From Alphaproteobacteria bacterium (GTDB lineage: Bacteria > Pseudomonadota > Alphaproteobacteria > Micavibrionales > Micavibrionaceae): a stretch of 64,000 nt of DNA. Where the stretch lies: NCBI GenBank assembly GCA_030147745.1, contig JASBUS010000042.1, forward strand, positions 10,836 through 74,835, read 5' to 3'. Below, piece by piece: positions 19,263 to 28,447 of this stretch; the stretch's first letter is position 1, and each line of letters begins with the position of its first letter. The position numbers were made by a program, and so were the translations under genes. A model generated the notes under the pieces. It saw nothing but the letters and a program-made list of their open reading frames with translations. It searched no databases and was not told where the DNA came from.

Positions 19263-22175
19263 ATGACGGATATTTATTATAGTGACACCAATACAACAAT
19301 CACAGGTTCAGGGACGTCAGATACATTATATTTTTTAGATGACGGTAATGGCAGCTTTGATTTTTTAGAGTTTAAGTTTCTTAAGGATGGTGATGATCTT
19401 ATCATATACGCGGATAATGGTTCCGTTTTCACCTTGTCAGATCATTTCTTAAACAACACTACGCGATATGAAACACTTTATATAGGTTCACACTCAATAG
19501 ATTTAGTCGCTGTATCTGATATGGTTTATAACACTGTGGATGGTGCAGATCATATGAATAATGCAGATCCTTCATATTTGATTAAGTTGGGTTATGAATC
19601 AAGCACAGAGAATCTTTTAGGCACTAATGGTGACGATATTTTATATGGCGCAGATATGCAAACTGTAGCTGGCTGGGAAGGGGATGACACCATTTATGGC
19701 GGTTTTGATCAGCTAGGCTTGTTGGGCGATGATGTTATGTATTTTAATAGCAATACTACGACAGCTTGGGGGGGGGATGGACTTGATATTATGTATGGCA
19801 CCGATAGTTTAACTAAGTCCGCAGAATATTTTTATGGTGAAGCTGGGCATGACACTATTTATAGTGGTGACGGCGTAGATACTATTTTTGGCGGGCTAGA
19901 GGATGATATCATTTATGCTGGGGGTGGAGATGATTATGTTGATGCAAGCCAAGGCCGTGATACGATTTATGGTGGTACGGGTGATGATATTATAATATTA
20001 GATAGCAACAGCATTACAGTTACTGCGGATTATAGCTCAATAGCTTATGGCGAAGATGGGGATGATACATTTTATGGTTGGATGGGTGACAATTATATAG
20101 ATGGTGGTAATGGCAATGATATAATCCATGTGTCGTTAAATCAGGATGATATTTTACAGAATTATGGCAGAAATGGCTATAATACGCTGCATGGTGGTAA
20201 TGGTAATGATGTTTATGACGTAACAGCATACACAAAAGAGAATACTATATTTGATTCTAGCGGATATGATGTAGTTGAATTCGGCGCAAACGATGGGACG
20301 GTTAATACGGTTAATGATAGTGATCTGTCATTTTACATTGATGGTCGCGACTTGGTGCTGCAAAAAGATTTAATCTATACGTATGTTGATATAATTGTTT
20401 TTGAAAATCACTTCTCCTTAAATAATCAAATTGAAGAAATCAAAATGATTTCTAATACAATTTATACCACTGAATTTTTAACGGATAACAATGATAGTTA
20501 TACCGCAACGGCTTTAACTTCGCCATTTAGTGTCGACAACAACATCGTCGATGCGCTTGATGGGGATGATGTTGTTTATCTCGGCGTTGGCTATGATGTC
20601 GTCTATGGTGGCGATGGCAATGACAGCCTGTTCGGTGAAGATGGTGATGACATTTTGATGGGGGAGTCAGGGGATGACTACCTTGATGGTGGTAATGGTG
20701 ATGACTATATCGACGGCAGCTGGGGACGGAATGATATTCGCGGCGGCGCGGGTAATGATACGTTGATTTCAGCGCATAACGAAGATTTTATCGATGGCGG
20801 CGATGGTGATGATTGGATTGACGGCGGCAGCGGCGATGATAAGTCCATTTATGATGAATTTGGCGTGAAAATTTATAATGGTGGCCTCTTTGGCGGCGCG
20901 GGGAATGACACCGTAAATGGTGGCTATGGCAATGACCGCGTTGCGGGCGGTGAAGGCAACGACTCGGTCTTTGGCGGTGATGGCGATGATGTGGTCTTTG
21001 GCGATTCTGGCGACGACACCGTATGGGGGCAAGATGGCAATGATGAAATTTACGGTGATGGTAAAACCGAAGACTTGCTAACTGATGGTAATGACACACT
21101 GACGGGTGGATATGGTGATGATATCCTCTATGGCGGCGGCGGCGCTGATCTTTTGAGAGGGGCTTCTGATAATGACACGGCTTATGGTGGCTCGGGCAAT
21201 GATTATGTTGAGGGCGGCGACGGTAATGACATTCTCTATGGTGATAACCAAGTTGCGAGTGCTAATGATGGCGATGACTCTATTGTTGGCGGCTGGGGTG
21301 ATGATTACCTCTATGGCGGCAATGGTGAGGATATCCTCAAAGGGAATGGCGACGACGATAAGCTTTATGGTGGCGACGGCGCAGATACGCTTTATGGCGA
21401 TGATGGCCTCGATTTCCTTTATGGCCAAGATGGTAATGATTTGATCTATGGCGGGCTTGATAAAGATTATGCCGAAGGCGGCCTTGGTAATGACATTATC
21501 GACCTAGATGACGGTAATGATACCGCATCAGGTAATGAAGGGAATGACACGATTTATGCTGGCGACGGCGCAGATAAACTATTTGGTGCAGCCGATGCCG
21601 ACTTGCTTTATGGCGGGGAAGGCAATGACGTGATTTACGGTGATGGCGGCGTCGAAAAAGTCGATGATGGTAATGACGTGATCTATGGTGAAGGCGGTAA
21701 TGATGTGCTTTACGGTCTTGGCGGCGCAGATATCATCTATGGCGGTACAGGGAATGATAAACTCTATGGTTATTCTGGCGCGGATATCTTAGATGGTGGC
21801 GCAGGCACAGATTCTATGGTCGGCGGTGACGGCGATGATGTCTTGATCTTTGGTGATGGCATTGACAGCCTTTGGGGGCAAGCTGGCGCGGATACCTATC
21901 AAGCAATTGATAACCTGACGGGGCGCGCTGTGGTCAATGATTGGGAAGCGGCCTATGATGCCTTGGATATCACGCAAATTCTGGATGTAACTTATGACCC
22001 ATTAAATGATGCGCTCTCCGACTTCTTGGATATTCAGCATAGTGGTTCAAATACCAAAATCTATGTATCCGAGAATGGCGATGGCACAAATTGGGTTGAA
22101 GTCTTACAGGTGCAGGGGCAATTGCTCACCACCGATGAAGACCAATTCTATGCTGATGGTAATTTGATTATTTAA
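19263..22175 (+). CDS. RTX (hemolysin-type calcium-binding repeat) protein, probable type I secretion substrate
   Basis: 970 aa, AAGGAG RBS, no signal peptide. It carries dozens of GGxGxDxxx nonapeptides (e.g. GGDGNDSLFGEDGDDILMGESGDDYLDGGNGDDYIDG) and an acidic C-terminal region. Confidence 0.9.
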   Translation: MTDIYYSDTNTTITGSGTSDTLYFLDDGNGSFDFLEFKFLKDGDDLIIYADNGSVFTLSDHFLNNTTRYETLYIGSHSIDLVAVSDMVYNTVDGADHMNNADPSYLIKLGYESSTENLLGTNGDDILYGADMQTVAGWEGDDTIYGGFDQLGLLGDDVMYFNSNTTTAWGGDGLDIMYGTDSLTKSAEYFYGEAGHDTIYSGDGVDTIFGGLEDDIIYAGGGDDYVDASQGRDTIYGGTGDDIIILDSNSITVTADYSSIAYGEDGDDTFYGWMGDNYIDGGNGNDIIHVSLNQDDILQNYGRNGYNTLHGGNGNDVYDVTAYTKENTIFDSSGYDVVEFGANDGTVNTVNDSDLSFYIDGRDLVLQKDLIYTYVDIIVFENHFSLNNQIEEIKMISNTIYTTEFLTDNNDSYTATALTSPFSVDNNIVDALDGDDVVYLGVGYDVVYGGDGNDSLFGEDGDDILMGESGDDYLDGGNGDDYIDGSWGRNDIRGGAGNDTLISAHNEDFIDGGDGDDWIDGGSGDDKSIYDEFGVKIYNGGLFGGAGNDTVNGGYGNDRVAGGEGNDSVFGGDGDDVVFGDSGDDTVWGQDGNDEIYGDGKTEDLLTDGNDTLTGGYGDDILYGGGGADLLRGASDNDTAYGGSGNDYVEGGDGNDILYGDNQVASANDGDDSIVGGWGDDYLYGGNGEDILKGNGDDDKLYGGDGADTLYGDDGLDFLYGQDGNDLIYGGLDKDYAEGGLGNDIIDLDDGNDTASGNEGNDTIYAGDGADKLFGAADADLLYGGEGNDVIYGDGGVEKVDDGNDVIYGEGGNDVLYGLGGADIIYGGTGNDKLYGYSGADILDGGAGTDSMVGGDGDDVLIFGDGIDSLWGQAGADTYQAIDNLTGRAVVNDWEAAYDALDITQILDVTYDPLNDALSDFLDIQHSGSNTKIYVSENGDGTNWVEVLQVQGQLLTTDEDQFYADGNLII

Positions 22176-22271
22176 TGATTATCCCCCTATTGGCGCGGTG
22201 GAAAATTAGTCTATATCTTTGAGGGTATGTGAAATGCCCGCTTATGGGGCTTTATGAAAGGCTGTGATGTT

Positions 22272-23354
22272 ATGACTGATTTGTTTTCGCCGTTGCAATT
22301 GGGGGATTTGACTTTGCCGAACCGTGTGGTGATGGCGCCTTTAACGCGTTGCCGTGCGAGCGAAGGGCGCGTTCCGAATGATTTAATGGCGACGTATTAC
22401 GCGCAGCGTGCATCCGCGGGGCTGATTATTTCAGAGGCCACCATCGTTGATCCAATGGGGGCAGGCTACCCCAATACGCCAGGTATTTATAGCGATGCGC
22501 AAGTTGAGGGCTGGAAGAAAGTCACCAAAGCCGTTCATGATAAAGGCGGGCGAATATTCCTGCAGCTTTGGCATGTTGGGCGCGTGTCCGACCCTGTTTA
22601 TTTAGATGGTGAATTGCCCGTCGCGCCAAGTGCGCTTAAGCCGGCCGGTCATGTTAGTTTACTGCGCCCAATCAGGGACTTTGTCACCCCGCGCGCCTTA
22701 AGCCGTGATGAAATCCCGCAAATCATTGAAATGTTCCGTAAAGGCGCTGAAAATGCCAAAAAGGCAGGGTTCGATGGCGTGGAGATCCATGGCGCGAATG
22801 GTTATCTGCTTGATCAGTTTTTGCAAGATAGCACCAATATTCGTGATGATGACTTTGGCGGATCAATTGAAAATCGTGCACGTTTGATGTTGGACATCAC
22901 CGATGCTGTGCTCAGTGTTTGGGATAAAGGTCGCGTCGGCATGCATCTTGCGCCGCGCATGGACTCCCACGATATGGGCGATTCCACGCGTCTGGAGACG
23001 TTTAGCTATGTCGCGCGAGAATTGGGGCGCCGCGGTATTGCCTTTATCTGTACCCGTGAACATCAGGCGGATGATAGTATTTCACCGGCTTTAAAACAGG
23101 CCTTTGGCGGAGTGTATATCGCCAATGAAAACTTTACGAAAGAAAGCGCCAATGCCGCCCTTGATACAGGCATTGCTGATGCGGTGGCCTTTGGTAAGGC
23201 CTATATTGCCAATGCGGATTTAGTTGAGCGCTTCGCCGCCGATGCGCCGCTTAATGCCCCAAACCCAGATACATTTTATAGTGATACGGGCGCCGTGGGG
23301 TATACGGATTATCCGTTAATCGGTGAAAGTGACATAACCTTTAAACAGGCTTAA
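22272..23354 (+). CDS. Old Yellow Enzyme family NADH:flavin oxidoreductase (N-ethylmaleimide reductase-like)
   Basis: MTDLFSPLQLGDLTLPNRVVMAPLTR, HGANGYLLDQFL. The start is taken at the second ATG; the ORF also allows 22254. Confidence 0.85.
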   Translation: MTDLFSPLQLGDLTLPNRVVMAPLTRCRASEGRVPNDLMATYYAQRASAGLIISEATIVDPMGAGYPNTPGIYSDAQVEGWKKVTKAVHDKGGRIFLQLWHVGRVSDPVYLDGELPVAPSALKPAGHVSLLRPIRDFVTPRALSRDEIPQIIEMFRKGAENAKKAGFDGVEIHGANGYLLDQFLQDSTNIRDDDFGGSIENRARLMLDITDAVLSVWDKGRVGMHLAPRMDSHDMGDSTRLETFSYVARELGRRGIAFICTREHQADDSISPALKQAFGGVYIANENFTKESANAALDTGIADAVAFGKAYIANADLVERFAADAPLNAPNPDTFYSDTGAVGYTDYPLIGESDITFKQA

Positions 23355-24246
23355 GCGCGGCGTTACAACATATATCAATATGTTCGATGAATAAGCGTAC
23401 CCGCGTCGATAAATAACGGTTCGGCGGGAAAATTGCATAGAGATGTCGCATCGGCCATGTTTCATAGTCATCAAGGATTTGGATCAGTTTACCGCTCGCT
23501 ACTTCTTGATGAACGAATAACGCGGGGCAGATGGTAATGCCAATGCCGCGGCAGGCGGCTTCGATCATCATTTCGGCGGCATCGGCACGAAAAGTACTGT
23601 TTAAACTTTGCACGCGTTCTTGACCATCGGGGCATTTATAACGCCATTCATGTGCGCCTTTGTTGCGGGTATAAGCTAGTACATTATGCGCGGCGAGTTC
23701 TTCGGGTGTGGTTGGCGTGCCATGCTGTTGTAAATAAGCAGGGCTTGCGAACACGCATATGGGCACATCGGCAAGTTTACGGGCGATCATACTTGAATCC
23801 TCAAGCGCCCCAATGCGGATGAGCACATCAAAATCTTCATCAGCAAAATTGATCAAGCGGTCATCAAAGGACACATCCATCGTGACTTCAGGGTATTTTG
23901 CCGCGAAACGGGCAATCGGCTCAACCAAATACATATTGGAAAAAGCCCGGGGCGCACTAATTTTTAAAGTACCGCGCGGCTTGCTTTTTAACTCGTTCAG
24001 CGCTTCGGTTGCTTCGTGTAAATCTTCAAGGGCGCGGCTTGCGCGCTCAAAAAAAAGCGCGCCCTCTTCGGTGAGTGAGACTTTGCGCGTTGTGCGGTTT
24101 AATAATTTGGTTTTTAAGTCATATTCAAGATTTTGGATTTGTTTTGATACGGCTGAACTGGTGATGCCTAATTCACGTGCAGCGCCCGCAAAACTTTGCT
24201 GTTTCGCGACGGCAATAAAAACTCCAATGCGTGATAAATGATCCAT
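23341..24246 (-). CDS. LysR-family transcriptional regulator
   Basis: N-terminal wHTH FAGAARELGITSSAVSKQIQNLE, 301 aa. It is convergent with the OYE gene and divergent from yceI. Confidence 0.9.
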   Translation of the reverse strand: MDHLSRIGVFIAVAKQQSFAGAARELGITSSAVSKQIQNLEYDLKTKLLNRTTRKVSLTEEGALFFERASRALEDLHEATEALNELKSKPRGTLKISAPRAFSNMYLVEPIARFAAKYPEVTMDVSFDDRLINFADEDFDVLIRIGALEDSSMIARKLADVPICVFASPAYLQQHGTPTTPEELAAHNVLAYTRNKGAHEWRYKCPDGQERVQSLNSTFRADAAEMMIEAACRGIGITICPALFVHQEVASGKLIQILDDYETWPMRHLYAIFPPNRYLSTRVRLFIEHIDICCNAALKPV

Positions 24247-24304
24247 AGCTTGATTTTATTTGATTATATCCAAAATGGAAAGATTAAATTTATGAAATGC
24301 CATA

Positions 24305-24319
24305 TTATCAATTTAATAA
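24305..24319. promoter_or_regulatory. Possible LysR-type T-N11-A box (TTAT-N7-ATAA)
   Basis: TTATCAATTTAATAA in the LysR/YceI divergent intergenic region. The context is AT-rich, so significance is weak. Confidence 0.25.
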
Positions 24320-24374
24320 GGCGATGATAAAGTGAAGATAACAGTTACAACAATAGAGATTCGGGATTTTAGAA

Positions 24375-24953
24375 ATGAAAAAATTTTTACTGCTTTTCAC
24401 GGCTTTGGCTGCATTTACAGCGTCAAGCCCACGCGCCGAAGCGGCGACCTATAATATTGATGCCTCACACACCAATATTCTTTTGAAAGTTTCACATTTG
24501 GGTTTCTCAACCATGGTGCTTGAAGCGCTTAAACCTGAAGGTACAATCACATTCGATGAAAATAAACCAGAAGAAGGCGCTGTGAACGTCACTTTAAAAG
24601 CTGAGCATATTGATGGCGATGATGAGAAATTCAATGCGCATTTGCACAATGCAGATTTCTTCAATGCGGTTGATTTCCCTGAAATCACATTCAAAAGCAA
24701 TAAAATTGAAGTGATCGACGATAAAACGGGTAAAGTGACAGGTGATTTCACATTACTTGGCATTACAAAGCCTGTGACTTTGGATGTTACCTTTAACAAA
24801 GCAGGCGTGAACCCATTCTCACAAAAAGAAACCATAGGTTTCACAGCCAGCGGTCTGATCAAACGTTCTGATTTTGGTATGAATTATGGCTTGCCAATGA
24901 TTGGCGAAGATGTGGCTGTCGAAATCGAGATTGAAGCGGTTAAAGCTGAATAA
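24375..24953 (+). CDS. YceI-family periplasmic polyisoprenoid-binding protein
   Basis: Signal peptide, then YNIDASHTNILLKVSHLGFS and a C-terminal beta-barrel pattern. 192 aa. Confidence 0.8.
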   Translation: MKKFLLLFTALAAFTASSPRAEAATYNIDASHTNILLKVSHLGFSTMVLEALKPEGTITFDENKPEEGAVNVTLKAEHIDGDDEKFNAHLHNADFFNAVDFPEITFKSNKIEVIDDKTGKVTGDFTLLGITKPVTLDVTFNKAGVNPFSQKETIGFTASGLIKRSDFGMNYGLPMIGEDVAVEIEIEAVKAE

Positions 24954-24996
24954 TACCTCATAACTATACTTTATAACATTCGCACTAAACTCTACC

Positions 24997-25030
24997 AAGC
25001 CCGCCTATATGGCGGGCTTTATTTCTTATT
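24997..25030 (+). terminator. Intrinsic terminator after yceI
   Basis: AAGCCCGCC-tatat-GGCGGGCTT followed by a T-rich tract. Confidence 0.7.
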
Positions 25031-25058
25031 TGGTGGCTTCACGGAAAAATGTTATGAT

Positions 25059-26783
25059 GTGGCATTATTCTTTAGATTAATCACAAAACACATGATCAAC
25101 CCAACACATTCAAATGCAGCGTCATCACATCAAGTATTAGCGAAGCAAGGAGCCGATTTTTTTAATGCTGGCGAATATGCCAAGGCGCATCGTGCTTATT
25201 TAGAGGCTCTATTGCTTGTGCCAGATGAAAAGCGGTATAAATTTGCGCTGATTAAATGTTGGCAGATGTTAAAAATCCAAGGGCATAACCCGCGCGTTAA
25301 ACATGCGCTCATGTTATGTTTGACGGATGAGGATATCCCACCACAAAGCATTGCGGATACGTGGCTGCAGGCTTTGTTCTTTGATCCTGATATGGCTGAT
25401 TTTCAGACATTCACCCAATGTGAAAATTATGCGGCATTTAAAACGGCTTTTCAGCCGGGGCAATATGCAGAGCTTCTTAATATGCCATATTTTATACTGG
25501 GCTTACGCAAATGTGTTGTGAAACATTTTCGTCTAGAGCGCGCATTAAGTTGGCTAAGGCGTTATTATTTACAGGAAGCTGATAAAGAGCATAAACAAGC
25601 GGTTCGTCCGTTTTTATGTGCGTTAGCAAGCTACGCTTTTTTAGGGGATTATATCCTGCCATATGACGAATCAGAATCGGCCGATGTAGGAAAATACGCG
25701 ACAGATTTTGCGCGTTTATCATCGATAGACCAGATTATACTCGCGAGCTATAAGCCGCTTTATCAATTTTCAGAGGCGACAGATTTATTCGATAAGGCGG
25801 TTCAGCAGCAATTAGAGGATGTGCTAGCACTGACTATGTTGCAAATTGATGAGCCGCTCGAAGAGCTTGAGGCGCGTCAACAGGTTGAACTTGTTCCGCA
25901 TAAAGCGGATCAGTTGACGCCGGAAGCCATATTAATGCCTTACCCACGTTGGTCTGGAGCGCATGCTGGGCGCTTCGCACAGCGCCGACGTAAGATTGAC
26001 CAGCCTTTAGAGGTTTTATTTATCGGCTGTGGCACGGCGCAGCATGTGACAATGGCCGCTCAGCATATGCCTAAAGCGCATATAGATGCAGTTGATTCAT
26101 CGCTAACCGATCTTGCTTATGCACAGCGCCGAGTGAATGAATTAAATATCCCGCACATTAATTTTATTTGCGCTGATCTTGCTGATCTACCAGGGCGAAA
26201 ACGCCGTTATGATCTTATTAATGGTGATCATTACCTTCAAACCGTCAAAGATCCGCGGGAAGCAATAACACAAATGGCGGCATGTCTGAAACCAGAAGGT
26301 GTAATGCGTTTTAATTTACTGAATAGTCTTAGCCGTATTAATATAAATTATTGGCGAACCCATGCCCAAAGCCAAGGCTATACAGACGATTTTGATGGCA
26401 TAAATCTTTTGCGGCACGATATTTTTACATTAGATGTTGATCCGCAATATAAGCGTATCGTCATTCGCCCTGAACTATATAATTATGTGGGGTGCAAAAA
26501 TTTATTTTTCCCATCGCATGAAAATGCCTATAGTTGCGGTGATATTATTGTGCTTTTGGAAGGGCTTGGCCTGAAAATTTTGTCGCTTGATTTAGCTAAC
26601 CCTGCTATGCAGGCCGTTTACAAGCAGCGCTTCCCAGAAGATTTCACTATGCGCAAACTAAGTAATTGGCAGAAAATTGAGCAAGAATTTCCTGGCCAAT
26701 TTTTGAATGGTTATCAACTTGTTCTGGCGCGCAGTGACACTTACCATGCAGATGATTTACCAGCGTGGTATCACGCGTCATAG
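25059..26783 (+). CDS. TPR-repeat protein fused to a class I SAM-dependent methyltransferase
   Basis: N-terminal TPR-like segment (FFNAGEYAKAHRAYLEALLLVP). The C-terminal part has motif I, VLFIGCGTAQH, and a post-I acidic residue (IDAVDSS). The start is uncertain (GTG 25059 or ATG 25092). Confidence 0.65.
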   Translation: MALFFRLITKHMINPTHSNAASSHQVLAKQGADFFNAGEYAKAHRAYLEALLLVPDEKRYKFALIKCWQMLKIQGHNPRVKHALMLCLTDEDIPPQSIADTWLQALFFDPDMADFQTFTQCENYAAFKTAFQPGQYAELLNMPYFILGLRKCVVKHFRLERALSWLRRYYLQEADKEHKQAVRPFLCALASYAFLGDYILPYDESESADVGKYATDFARLSSIDQIILASYKPLYQFSEATDLFDKAVQQQLEDVLALTMLQIDEPLEELEARQQVELVPHKADQLTPEAILMPYPRWSGAHAGRFAQRRRKIDQPLEVLFIGCGTAQHVTMAAQHMPKAHIDAVDSSLTDLAYAQRRVNELNIPHINFICADLADLPGRKRRYDLINGDHYLQTVKDPREAITQMAACLKPEGVMRFNLLNSLSRININYWRTHAQSQGYTDDFDGINLLRHDIFTLDVDPQYKRIVIRPELYNYVGCKNLFFPSHENAYSCGDIIVLLEGLGLKILSLDLANPAMQAVYKQRFPEDFTMRKLSNWQKIEQEFPGQFLNGYQLVLARSDTYHADDLPAWYHAS

Positions 26784-26804
26784 GTTAAAGATAATTTATC
26801 ATAA

Positions 26805-26820
26805 TACACTTATAAGTGTA
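26805..26820. promoter_or_regulatory. 16-bp perfect palindrome TACACTTATAAGTGTA (candidate operator)
   Basis: Perfect inverted repeat ~80 nt upstream of the 26898 ORF. No T-run follows, so it is not a terminator. Confidence 0.3.
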
Positions 26821-26897
26821 AGCCGCTTTGGGTTGGTATAAAATTATGCTATATTCTTTCTAGATAAATAAAATACATAACAGGAAGGAAATAAAAA

Positions 26898-27332
26898 ATG
26901 AGCGCAGAAGCAGCCAAAATCAAAGAAAAAACCATCCAGAATAAAACAGAATTAAGCGGTGCAGCCCGCGAATCTTTTGGCCGCAAAAAGTCTGGTGCAG
27001 TCGCAGAAGAGCCGAAAGACATCAAAGTCCCGGGGCTTTCTAATGACAATGCCCATAAAGACACACCGGACTGGAGTGTTTTTAGCCTGAATAAATTCCA
27101 CCCACATCTAGGCCTTGCACAAATCAGTCTGACGGCGCTAGGGTTAATTGCAGGTCTGGCTTTTGCCTTCCTTTCCACACAAACAGGCGGCGCAGTGTCG
27201 ATGACAACGGCGATTTTCTCTTATCTTGCTTATGGCTTGATTGGTTTGGTTGGCGGCTATTTCTCGCTCTGGATGCTCGGTGCAGCTGTGGTGATTAGTC
27301 CTATCTTACTTTTGGGTTCGTTATTTATCTAG
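26898..27332 (+). CDS. Hypothetical protein with a hydrophilic N-terminus and C-terminal TM helices
   Basis: 144 aa, GGAAGGAA RBS. The C-terminal half is hydrophobic (ALGLIAGLAFAFL..., GLIGLVGGYFSLWMLGAAVV). Confidence 0.5.
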   Translation: MSAEAAKIKEKTIQNKTELSGAARESFGRKKSGAVAEEPKDIKVPGLSNDNAHKDTPDWSVFSLNKFHPHLGLAQISLTALGLIAGLAFAFLSTQTGGAVSMTTAIFSYLAYGLIGLVGGYFSLWMLGAAVVISPILLLGSLFI

Positions 27333-27354
27333 ATATTCTATCTAATTCGCAGAT

Positions 27355-27392
27355 TAAAAAAACGGCGCAAGGAGTGATTTGCGCCGTTTTTG
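27355..27392. terminator. Bidirectional intrinsic terminator between convergent genes
   Basis: ACGGCGCA-loop-TGCGCCGT with a flanking A-run and T-run. Confidence 0.7.
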
Positions 27393-27412
27393 TTGCTTGA
27401 AGAAATCTGTTT

Positions 27413-28255
27413 TTAACTTGGCTCGTTCACAAGGCTTTTGGCTTTAAGCTGCATGATTTGATCATGGAGTAATCCGTTATTCGTCATCACGTCCCAAATT
27501 TCTTTTTGTTTGATGCGCATATTGTGAATACTGGTAAATATATCGATCAACACAGGCTGACGGCCTTCATAATCAATGACGGGGCCAATGCGTTGGCAAA
27601 TTAAACCGAGGCGCTCAAAGCTATCGATTAATGGCGTTTCAAGCAGCACACAGCATTGTGTTTGGCCTTCGCGAATGGCAATTTCAAAACTGCTTCTGAT
27701 CAAACCAATTGGTGCAAACGGGATGATACGGCGGGCTACACGGCGCGTCGCACGATCCATAAATGTTTCTTTGTCTTGATCATGGACACAGCCAAGCGGT
27801 GAACCTTCATCACCTTGGCGTGAACGGAACTGCTTTAACACACAGAGGCGTGAAATTTCGCACATCGTTTGCAATGCGCCTTCGTCTTTCATGCGGCCAC
27901 CTTGGAAGCGTTCCTGTAATGGAAAACTATTATGCAGGTCTTCGGCATTTGGCATCACAACGCGCACCGTACCTATTGCTTCGCCGCTGCGTTTATGGAT
28001 TAATAAAACATGATGCGCATGTTCATCATAATGATCGCGCTCCATTTTATCAGCCTCTGGTTTCACCTGATGATAGCCAAATTCTTCACAAAGCACTTCA
28101 TGACGAATGCGGAAGGCTTTTTCTTTCAAGGCATCACTTTCAGCGATAACGGTTTCGAATAATTGATTATACAGCCAAGAAAAGCTCTTAAATTGCAGAT
28201 AATCTTTAAGGGGTGGGGTACTCTTTTGCCCCAAGGTTAGGATTTGGTCTTTCAT
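27413..28255 (-). CDS. GNAT-fold N-acyltransferase of the FeeM / PEP-CTERM-exosortase-associated acyltransferase type (N-acyl amino acid synthase-like)
   Basis: ~280 aa. AFRIRHEVLCEEFGY and ISRLCVLKQFR resemble the N-acyl amino acid synthase / autoinducer-synthase-like family as I remember it. The start is ATG 28255 or GTG 28267. Confidence 0.55.
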   Translation of the reverse strand: MKDQILTLGQKSTPPLKDYLQFKSFSWLYNQLFETVIAESDALKEKAFRIRHEVLCEEFGYHQVKPEADKMERDHYDEHAHHVLLIHKRSGEAIGTVRVVMPNAEDLHNSFPLQERFQGGRMKDEGALQTMCEISRLCVLKQFRSRQGDEGSPLGCVHDQDKETFMDRATRRVARRIIPFAPIGLIRSSFEIAIREGQTQCCVLLETPLIDSFERLGLICQRIGPVIDYEGRQPVLIDIFTSIHNMRIKQKEIWDVMTNNGLLHDQIMQLKAKSLVNEPS

Positions 28256-28447
28256 ACTACATCTCACACACTTTAAAAAAACTCACACTAAATCATTATA
28301 AGTTTTCTTTTATTAATTAATGCTAAAATAAAGATACAATTTGATATAATCGTCTATACCGCACCGCAATTAGGCTAGTAAAATAGGCAGAACTTGCGTA
28401 TAGTTAACGGCGAAGACCTACCCCTGAAGAAAGTTCATTTGACGGCG

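Noticed and set aside
20020-21444. Several 70-116-aa ORFs on both strands inside the RTX gene (e.g. His/Arg-rich 20788..21099)
   Set aside because: These are frame and antisense shadows of the GGxGxD repeat DNA (GAT/GGT-rich), with no independent signals.
23759-24241. 160-aa plus-strand ORF inside the LysR gene
   Set aside because: It is antisense to a clear LysR regulator, with Ser/Arg-rich shadow composition.
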